Position numbers and translations under genes: made by a program
Shown here: positions 32,136-37,864 of the stretch, piece after piece
How the letters are laid out: every line of letters starts with the position of its first letter
Position numbering within the stretch: the stretch's first letter is position 1
Notes under the pieces: generated by a model
The model's database searches: none
What the model saw: only the letters and a program-made list of their open reading frames with translations
What the model was told of the DNA's origin: nothing
IMG/VR virus record: IMGVR_UViG_3300045988_007604
Coordinates: 1 to 40,869 of that record
DNA length: 40,869 bases
Direction: 5' to 3' (one strand)
Source: a virus

Positions 32136-32170
32136 GCCCCGCCACCCGTGCCACAAGGTGGCGGGGCTTG
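32136..32170 (+). terminator. GC-rich hairpin terminator after the SAP gene
   Basis: GCCCCGCCACC-10 nt-GGTGGCGGGGC (11 bp perfect) followed by a weak T tract (TTG). Confidence 0.55.
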
Positions 32171-32308
32171 CCGCCGGTAACGCCGTGTGTCCCTTGCCGG
32201 TTGCAATATCACCATAGCATTTTCAGCCAGAGAAAGTAAACCACACATCTGATTCCACCGCAATCAAATGTGCACAATCCAATATCAAATTTAATAGGAG
32301 GGCGAATT

Positions 32309-33031
32309 ATGGATTCAAATACAGGCCAAACATTCATCGAGGAAATGCAGCCGAATTTCGATGCCCTCCCGGAAAGGCTGAAAGACGAGAAATTCAGGAA
32401 TCATCTGACGAACCAGCAGCTTTCTGACGTGTCCGGCGTTCCCATCGCCACCACAAGCCGGATTCTTTCCGGTGCCGTATCGAACCCCGGCTTTTTCCAT
32501 ATCGCCGCGCTGTGCGCCGCTATGGACGTGTCAATGGATTCCGTTGCAGGTGTTCACCCAAGCGGAGATCAGGCGGAAATAGACCAGCTCCGGCAGGAGA
32601 TAGCATACAAGGACGAGATAATTGCCGAGAAGGGCGCGGCGATAGACCGCCTACTGGACAGGAGCCGCATTATGGAGGCTGGTGTCGCGGCCAGAGATGA
32701 CCGCATCAGCAAGCAAAGCGAAGCCCTTTCTAAAAAAGACAGTGCGCTTGCATCCGTGCAAAGGGAAAATAAGCCCTTGATTTACGGGCAGTGCGCATTA
32801 AACATTCTGCTGACGGCGGTACTCATGATCTATATGGTGCTGGACGCCCGGAACCCGGAAATGGGGCTAATTCGCTCCGAAAAGATTTCTGCGGTAATTT
32901 TAGTTGGCGCGGCAGGAATCGCCGCCGTTTTTATGCTCACGGCATTTTTGATTTTCCACAAGCTATTAAGTGGAGGTGAACGGGATGGCAAAAAGAAAGA
33001 AGGAGCCGGAAATCAGGCTCCCAAAAATTAA
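32309..33031 (+). CDS. Membrane-anchored XRE-type HTH protein (HTH + coiled coil + two TM helices)
   Basis: 240 aa from ATG 32309 (RBS AGGAGGGCGAATT). HTH LTNQQLSDVSGVPIATTSRILSG, coiled coil DQLRQEIAYKDEIIAEKGAAIDRLL, TM segments ALNILLTAVLMIYMVL and AVILVGAAGIAAVFMLTAFLIF. Overlaps the int start. Confidence 0.7.
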   Translation: MDSNTGQTFIEEMQPNFDALPERLKDEKFRNHLTNQQLSDVSGVPIATTSRILSGAVSNPGFFHIAALCAAMDVSMDSVAGVHPSGDQAEIDQLRQEIAYKDEIIAEKGAAIDRLLDRSRIMEAGVAARDDRISKQSEALSKKDSALASVQRENKPLIYGQCALNILLTAVLMIYMVLDARNPEMGLIRSEKISAVILVGAAGIAAVFMLTAFLIFHKLLSGGERDGKKKEGAGNQAPKN

Positions 33032-34085
33032 GCAGCTCCCATCCGGGGCGTGGCACACACGTGTATTGATAGAGAATCGCCGCGTATCCATTACGAAAGA
33101 TACATATGATGAATGCGTGGCCGAATATCTGGCCTTGAAAAACGGCCTTGTGGAAATCCGCGAGAAGAAAGACGGGAAAGACATCACGCTAGAGGAAGCC
33201 GCCAAAAGCTACATTGCATCGAAAGAGGGCTTTCTCTCCCCATCCACCATTGCCGGGTACGAGAAGTTCAAGCGGAATATGCTGCCAGGCATGATGAAGC
33301 GGAACATTTTCACAGTCTCCAATGACCAATGGCAGGCCGCTATCAGGCAGGAACACAAGGCCGGGAAATCCCCGAAGTATATCAAAAATGGGTGGATGTT
33401 CTTTTCCGCCTGCATCGTCGCCGCCGGTGCTCCGCGCCCGGAGGTGATGCTGTATCCCCCGGAACACAACGAACGGGCATACCTCACGCCGGACGAGATA
33501 GATAAGTTTGTGGAGGCTATAAAAGGCCACCGATTTGAAATCCCGTATCTGATGTGCCTTTCCTCCCTGCGCCGTTCGGAAATGATCGCCATGGACTGGG
33601 CAAACATAGATCTGGAAAACAAAGTGATGCACGTTCGCGGCGCAATCGTCATGGGGACGGCTGGGCTTGTGCAGAAGCCACAAAACAAAACGGCGAAGTC
33701 CCGCCGCTCTGTGCCTATCATTCCGCCGCTTCTGGAAGCGCTGAAAGCGCAGGAGCAGAAGACCGGAAACGTGGTAAAGGCAAGCGCAGAAACCATCTAC
33801 AATAATTTGGGCAAAGTCTGCGCCGCCGCTGGAATCACCGTGGTTGATCTGCATGGGCTGCGCCACAGCTTTGCATCTCTGGCCTACCACTTGCAAATTC
33901 CGGAAATGATCGCCGCCGAAATCGGCGGGTGGAGTGACTTGTCTACCATGCACAATATCTACACGCACCTCGCCCAGAAAGATATTGCCAAACGCTCAAG
34001 CGACTTCTGCGACTACTTCACCGCCGAAGCGATGAAAAAGCGCAAATTGGCAACGGAATTGGAAACGAAAAATAAAAGTTACTAG
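32985..34085 (+). CDS. int: Tyrosine recombinase / phage integrase
   Basis: 366 aa from ATG 32985 (RBS GGAGGTGAACGGG). Catalytic-domain motifs LSSLRRSE (Arg), HGLRHSFASL (H-x-x-R) and MHNIYTHL (Tyr). Directly followed by the tRNA-fragment attP. Confidence 0.9.
   Translation: MAKRKKEPEIRLPKIKQLPSGAWHTRVLIENRRVSITKDTYDECVAEYLALKNGLVEIREKKDGKDITLEEAAKSYIASKEGFLSPSTIAGYEKFKRNMLPGMMKRNIFTVSNDQWQAAIRQEHKAGKSPKYIKNGWMFFSACIVAAGAPRPEVMLYPPEHNERAYLTPDEIDKFVEAIKGHRFEIPYLMCLSSLRRSEMIAMDWANIDLENKVMHVRGAIVMGTAGLVQKPQNKTAKSRRSVPIIPPLLEALKAQEQKTGNVVKASAETIYNNLGKVCAAAGITVVDLHGLRHSFASLAYHLQIPEMIAAEIGGWSDLSTMHNIYTHLAQKDIAKRSSDFCDYFTAEAMKKRKLATELETKNKSY
34041..34069 (+). repeat. Direct repeat copy 1 (two tandem ATTGG(C/A)AACG units) at the integrase 3' end, left of the attP core
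   Basis: cgcaaattggcaacggaattggaaacgaa. The first 17 nt are identical to 34281..34297, and the rest differs by one indel and one mismatch. Confidence 0.8.
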
Positions 34086-34114
34086 TGCCGCAACAGTTTT
34101 TGGAATTTATTTAT

Positions 34115-34141
34115 GGGGTTCGATTCCCCTCGGCTCCACCA
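34115..34141 (+). other. attP core: 3' end of a tRNA gene (T-arm + 3' acceptor strand + CCA)
   Basis: GGGGTTCGATTCCCCTCGGCTCCACCA has a T-loop TTCGATT flanked by GGGG/CCCC, then CGGCTCC, A and CCA. There is no 5' tRNA half upstream, which is integrase coding sequence. Immediately downstream of int. Confidence 0.75.
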
Positions 34142-34150
34142 AACAGAAAA

Positions 34151-34180
34151 AGCCCTAGAAACTTGTTCTAGGGCTTTTTT
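34151..34180 (+). terminator. Rho-independent terminator following the tRNA fragment
   Basis: AGCCCTAGAA-ACTTG-TTCTAGGGCT (10 bp perfect) followed by TTTTT. Confidence 0.8.
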
Positions 34181-34280
34181 ATTGCTTTATCAGCTATATT
34201 CCCACGTTCTTCAAACTTATTCTACGAGAAAGTATTACCACAGTTTTTAATATTTTTCCGCGTGCGGTACGTTTTTAGGA

Positions 34281-34308
34281 CGCAAATTGGCAACGGATTG
34301 GCAACGAA
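34281..34308 (+). repeat. Direct repeat copy 2 (tandem ATTGGCAACGG/ATTGGCAACGA), right of the attP core
   Basis: cgcaaattggcaacggattggcaacgaa. See copy 1 at 34041..34069. Confidence 0.8.
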
Positions 34309-34322
34309 GCCCGGGACTATCT

Positions 34323-34355
34323 AAAATAAAAGATGCACCTTTTGGCGCATCTTTT
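34323..34355 (-). terminator. Terminator (functional on both strands) at the end of the acidic-protein/HTH cassette
   Basis: Minus strand AAAAGATGCGCC-AAAA-GGTGCATCTTTT (12 bp including one G-U) followed by ATTTTAG. It starts right at the stop codon of the HTH gene. Confidence 0.7.
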
Positions 34356-34698
34356 ATTTTACGGGGGGATCAAATAGCCCCAAGCACTGCTGCATCAATA
34401 ATCTAGTATATAGCGGGCATTCTCGCACGCCCCGGCACCAGTCTTCCACAGTCCGGCGTGGGATGCAAAAGTGTTCTGCAAATGCTGCCTGTGTCATGCC
34501 CGCAGCGGAAACGATCTCCCGCACGGTACGGGTTGCGGCGGTATAGATGGCGCGCAGCTGATCCAACCGGTCGGGTGGAATGGGCGAATCTGGCGCATCG
34601 TCCCAGATGTCGGACAGGGACAGGCCGGACACGTAGGCGTCCGGGTCGGTGTAGGTTGCGCACTCCCGGGCGCAGGCGGCGAATTGGGTATCAGTCAT
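34354..34698 (-). CDS. HTH protein (C-terminal XRE-like HTH), Aca-like candidate autoregulator
   Basis: 114 aa from ATG 34698 (8-nt overlap ATGACTGA with the upstream gene). HTH MTQAAFAEHFCIPRRTVEDWCRGVRECPLYTRLLM. The ORF-track extension was trimmed. Confidence 0.65.
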   Translation of the reverse strand: MTDTQFAACARECATYTDPDAYVSGLSLSDIWDDAPDSPIPPDRLDQLRAIYTAATRTVREIVSAAGMTQAAFAEHFCIPRRTVEDWCRGVRECPLYTRLLMQQCLGLFDPPVK

Positions 34699-34996
34699 TG
34701 CCGTCGCCCTCATCGATCTTTTCTTCATGTGCCAACGCGGCTTCGCAGTATTCACCCCACAGCCTGTCGCACGTGGCGTCGAACCACTCGGCGAATTCGG
34801 TGTCGTCCATGCCTGGATCAAAATCGATCGGGCCGACGACCTCGGAAAACTCCGGGTGCCAGTCCAGGCCGATGCGGACGATCTCGTCGGCCAATTTCTC
34901 CACGAACGCATCCCTGTCGTGTTCCGACAGAAAATCGAGCTCGTTGATTCGAATATCACCATATTCAGCAGACTTAAAAAATACCTTGTACGTCAT
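34691..34996 (-). CDS. Highly acidic 101-aa protein (candidate DNA mimic / anti-defence protein)
   Basis: Counted 29 Asp+Glu versus 8 Lys+Arg. RBS GGGGAAGGGG. First gene behind a consensus promoter that carries an operator palindrome. Confidence 0.6.
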   Translation of the reverse strand: MTYKVFFKSAEYGDIRINELDFLSEHDRDAFVEKLADEIVRIGLDWHPEFSEVVGPIDFDPGMDDTEFAEWFDATCDRLWGEYCEAALAHEEKIDEGDGND

Positions 34997-35083
34997 TTTT
35001 ATACCCCTTCCCCCTGGGCTGCGGCCCAGGTAAAACCATTGTTTTAATTAGTGCTTATCGGGGTGTACCCCTTAAGCGCCTTT

Positions 35084-35112
35084 ACTATACCACGCAATGC
35101 GTGGGATGTCAA
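35084..35112 (-). promoter_or_regulatory. Consensus promoter TTGACA-17-TATAGT with a 15-bp perfect palindrome (CCACGCAATGCGTGG) in the spacer
   Basis: The minus strand reads TTGACA (35112..35107), spacer 35106..35090, TATAGT (35089..35084). The palindrome spans 35090..35104. About 80-nt leader with GC hairpin CCTGGGC-TGCG-GCCCAGG (35013..35030) before the RBS. Confidence 0.7.
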
Positions 35113-35161
35113 GGGGAAAAATGAAAAAAGTTTATATTCTTTTGAAAAAATTAAGCCGAAT

Positions 35162-35190
35162 AAAGGGAGCGCCTGAAAGCGCTCCCTTTT
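35162..35190. terminator. Bidirectional terminator closing the cargo operon
   Basis: AAAGGGAGCGC-CTGAAA-GCGCTCCCTTT. T runs follow on both strands (plus TTTTG, minus TTTATT). Confidence 0.75.
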
Positions 35191-35206
35191 GCGTAATTCC
35201 GGATTC

Positions 35207-35539
35207 TCAATCATTTAGCCGCCGCATAATCGCCGCGTATTCTTTTGGGTATATCAGCCGAACGCACTCCATGTGTTCGTCCATCACTTCTAATAGCCGT
35301 TTCATTCCCGCTGAATTTGCAGCAATTGCAAACTCGCTCCCGGATATTTCATCACTCTGCGGTGCAGGAGCGGAGGAATACAGGCTTACGGGGGAAACAT
35401 CAGCAGCGCGGGAATGTTCCGGAAACATATGATCTAGAATTGTATAGCATGAGGCCATCAGCTGGCATGTTGCCGCCGTCGGGCGCTTCACTGCTTTACA
35501 TTCTTCGATTGTTTCCAGCAAATCCCGCTCTGCCAACAT
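35207..35539 (-). CDS. Hypothetical helical protein (110 aa), last gene of the cargo operon
   Basis: RBS GGAGGATTAAAAA. No motif recognized. Helical ends flank a Ser/Ala/Pro-rich linker. Confidence 0.6.
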   Translation of the reverse strand: MLAERDLLETIEECKAVKRPTAATCQLMASCYTILDHMFPEHSRAADVSPVSLYSSAPAPQSDEISGSEFAIAANSAGMKRLLEVMDEHMECVRLIYPKEYAAIMRRLND

Positions 35540-35542
35540 TTT

Positions 35543-35926
35543 TTAATCCTCCATACAACGGACGGCCTTTTCTAGAGCCTCTCGCGTCCGGCTATCCGGC
35601 GCTTCATCAATCATGCGCCGCAGCTTATCCACCATATCTTCCTTGGCGTCTGCGCGGCTGTACCGCCCCATGCTATCGCGTTTACGGCCTCGGTAGCTCA
35701 CGCCGTCGCGGTAGTCGGCTCTATAGCCATCCCGTCCATAGTTGCCCATGGCGTACCAGTCCCCGGCACTGCTGTATCCTTCACCCATCATAATCTTATC
35801 CAGATTCTTCATGGTGTGCGTCAGCTTGTCCACGGTTTCCAGATCACCGGCGGACAGTTCGCCTTTTTCGGCGATTTCGTCCAGTTCCCGGCACAGTGTA
35901 TCTCTCAACTGTTCCCAGTGCTTCAT
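35543..35926 (-). CDS. Hypothetical protein (127 aa) with helical ends and a central Gly/Tyr/Arg/Asp-rich low-complexity segment
   Basis: RBS AGGAGGTGAAATT. Central segment GEGYSSAGDWYAMGNYGRDGYRADYRDGVSYRGRKRDSMGRYSR. Confidence 0.6.
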   Translation of the reverse strand: MKHWEQLRDTLCRELDEIAEKGELSAGDLETVDKLTHTMKNLDKIMMGEGYSSAGDWYAMGNYGRDGYRADYRDGVSYRGRKRDSMGRYSRADAKEDMVDKLRRMIDEAPDSRTREALEKAVRCMED

Positions 35927-35937
35927 AATTTCACCTC

Positions 35938-36372
35938 CTAGGCCACGCGCTCAATCATCAGATTGGCGTTGGCAACATCGATTGCCTGCGTGGAGACATT
36001 GCGCACGGATAACGCTACGCAGCACCCACGGGGAACATCCACAAACGCGGAAGTCGCCACGTTGAATGCATCTCCCACGGCGGCGGGTGTTGCCGTCGCC
36101 GTAGTGGTGGGAAGCGCTTCACCGCCCAGCGCCAGCGCTACGCTGATAGCCCCGGCGGTGCCACCGGTAGGCACGGAGATATTTCCCACGAAAAGCACGC
36201 GATACCGCGCAATTGGGGAACATCCGCTACAAACGCCCCGCAGGGTGACAAGGCCAGCCCCGTCACGGTGAACAACATACCCCCGGCCGCATTTCACCGG
36301 CGTATCGGTAAACAGCACGTTCTGTCCGGCCGCCACGGCCTGTACAGCGTTCGCAGTAAGTTCAACCGCCAT
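35938..36372 (-). CDS. Hypothetical beta-rich protein (144 aa), possible C1q/TNF-like (BclA C-terminal-domain-like) jelly-roll
   Basis: RBS AAGGAGGGGAGAGC. Alternating hydrophobic beta pattern: LTANAVQAVAAGQNVLFTD opening, LMIERVA ending. Cys pairs CSGC and CC. Fold assignment is pattern memory only. Confidence 0.5.
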   Translation of the reverse strand: MAVELTANAVQAVAAGQNVLFTDTPVKCGRGYVVHRDGAGLVTLRGVCSGCSPIARYRVLFVGNISVPTGGTAGAISVALALGGEALPTTTATATPAAVGDAFNVATSAFVDVPRGCCVALSVRNVSTQAIDVANANLMIERVA

Positions 36373-36384
36373 GCTCTCCCCTCC

Positions 36385-37185
36385 TTACGCTACGTTTCCG
36401 CAGCCGCAGCCGTAGCCGTTACCGTAGCAGCAGTTAGGATTCTGCACCTGATAAGCGGGAACCGGGCGGGGATTGTAGTACGCGAACTGGTTCTCCACAT
36501 AGCCCTTGATCGTCAGGTTCTGGGCATTCTGGCTCGCCGCCAGCTGCGCCATGAACAGTTGCTGATTCTGATCGGCGATTTTCTGATCCTTTGCCGCCAG
36601 CTCCTGTGCGGTAAGCCGCTGGTCGATGGAGCGGAAACCACAGTTCATAGCGTCGATGATATCCCGGGTGGTGTTCTGTACCGTGTTCCGGGTTTCGCAG
36701 CTCTGGGTAGCCAGATTGTAGTTCACGCCCTGAATAGCGGCGCGGTTTTCGCAGCAGCACTCCTGATTTGCCATCTGCATCTGGAAAAGCTGCTGCATCA
36801 AGGCAGCCTGCTGATTGCACCGGGAAAGCTCTGCCGCCTGGAAACCGTTGCTGATATTCTGGTTCACGCCTGCAAACCCATTCAGCATACCGGTATTCAT
36901 GGCGTAGAAGCCGTCGCAGACACCGTTGTTCACGCTGTCAATTTTCCGCTCGATGTTGGAAAAATCAGACGCGAGAACATACCCGTCCACCACGCCAGCG
37001 CCGGAACCACGACCGCCAAAGCCTCCGCCCCAGCCGTTACCGCCCCAGCCAAAGAAGCCGAAGATCAGGAAAATGATGATCCATGCAGACCAATCACCGC
37101 CCCAGCCTCCGCCATAGCCGCCGTTGTTGCCATCGGTGACAGCTCTGATATCGGCGGGGGTCATTTCGCTTGCTGTAATACTCAT
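36385..37185 (-). CDS. Hypothetical membrane protein (266 aa): Gly/Trp-rich TM N-terminus, Gln/Asn-rich coiled-coil body with Cys clusters, CCYGNGYGCGCGN tail
   Basis: RBS GAAAGGAGAACAAA. N-terminal GGYGGGWGGDWSAWIIIFLIFGFFGWGGNGWGGGFGG resembles YjcZ-type tiny Gly-rich TM sporulation peptides. Internal CCC and C-terminal CC..C.C. Confidence 0.55.
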   Translation of the reverse strand: MSITASEMTPADIRAVTDGNNGGYGGGWGGDWSAWIIIFLIFGFFGWGGNGWGGGFGGRGSGAGVVDGYVLASDFSNIERKIDSVNNGVCDGFYAMNTGMLNGFAGVNQNISNGFQAAELSRCNQQAALMQQLFQMQMANQECCCENRAAIQGVNYNLATQSCETRNTVQNTTRDIIDAMNCGFRSIDQRLTAQELAAKDQKIADQNQQLFMAQLAASQNAQNLTIKGYVENQFAYYNPRPVPAYQVQNPNCCYGNGYGCGCGNVA

Positions 37186-37239
37186 TTTGTTCTCCTTTCA
37201 AAAGATGAAAAATATAACAAAATCTGGCCAGATTATTGT

Positions 37240-37452
37240 TTACCTTCTAGGCGCTCCGAAGCCGAACATGCCCCGGAATTGCTCAAACTGCCCCTGCATC
37301 TGCTGTGCCATTTGCTGGGCTTGGTTAAGCTGCTGCTGGTTTACACGCCCGCTCTGTACAAGCTGATTAAGCAGTTGCTGCGGGTCTTGCCCCCTCATCT
37401 GCTGCATAAATTGGGGGAATTGGGAAATCATCTGCATAGGATTAGGCGTCAT
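37240..37452 (-). CDS. Gln-rich small protein (70 aa)
   Basis: Counted 21 Gln in 70 residues (QFPQFMQQMRGQDPQQLLNQLVQSGRVNQQQLNQAQQMAQQMQGQFEQF). The start overlaps the upstream gene by 11 nt. Confidence 0.6.
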   Translation of the reverse strand: MTPNPMQMISQFPQFMQQMRGQDPQQLLNQLVQSGRVNQQQLNQAQQMAQQMQGQFEQFRGMFGFGAPRR

Positions 37453-37864
37453 TGCGTTTTACCTCCGCTTTCTTGGCATCGCGTTTTCCATCCGTCAGCT
37501 GATTCAGCCGTTCCTCTACAGCGGAAAGCCGCTGCTCAAATCCCGCACTGACTGCCTCCGGGGTAGCTCCTGCGTCCCGGATTTTGTATTCATACGCTAC
37601 AATTGGCATTGGTCGCCCTTGCGCGTCTGTCCGCTTTTCGTAGAATACAGGCTTGTTGCTGTCCCAGAGCCGCACAAATCCGTTTGCCGTGACGATAAAC
37701 GCCTCCGCCGCAGATTCCGAAGCTACCCAAATTCGGTCATCAAGGGGCGGCTGTTGGGGTTGTGCGGGTATCTGCGGTTGCCCGATTGGCATTTGCGGCT
37801 GGAAATAGTTGGGCTGAAAATAGCCGGATTGGTAGTTGGGCTGCATATAAGGGTTTGCCATCAT
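37442..37864 (-). CDS. Hypothetical protein (140 aa) with Pro/Gln/Tyr/Asn-rich N-terminus and a small globular domain
   Basis: N-terminus MMANPYMQPNYQSGYFQPNYFQPQMPIGQPQIPAQPQQPP, then IWVASESAAEAFIVTANGFVRLWDSNKPVFYEK. ATGA overlap with the upstream gene. Confidence 0.6.
   Translation of the reverse strand: MMANPYMQPNYQSGYFQPNYFQPQMPIGQPQIPAQPQQPPLDDRIWVASESAAEAFIVTANGFVRLWDSNKPVFYEKRTDAQGRPMPIVAYEYKIRDAGATPEAVSAGFEQRLSAVEERLNQLTDGKRDAKKAEVKRNDA

Noticed and set aside
34115-34141. Calling a complete tRNA gene downstream of the integrase
   Set aside because: Only the T-arm, 3' acceptor strand and CCA are present. The sequence upstream is the integrase C-terminus and cannot form D or anticodon arms. 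It was reported as an attP core fragment instead.
34691-34996. Interpreting the acidic protein / HTH pair as a classical type II toxin-antitoxin module
   Set aside because: The first gene is strongly acidic with no toxin-like motif (no PIN, RelE, MazF or Doc features seen). The HTH protein is second, not first. The architecture fits an anti-defence gene plus autoregulator better. This is kept only as an alternative to be excluded experimentally.
36268-37551. 427-aa plus-strand ORF spanning the cargo region
   Set aside because: It runs antisense across three separate minus-strand genes that either have a strong RBS or are coupled by start/stop overlap. It has no RBS and a Leu/His/Arg/Ala-rich shadow composition. 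It is an artefact of stop-codon-poor antisense frames of Gln-rich (CAG/CAA) genes.
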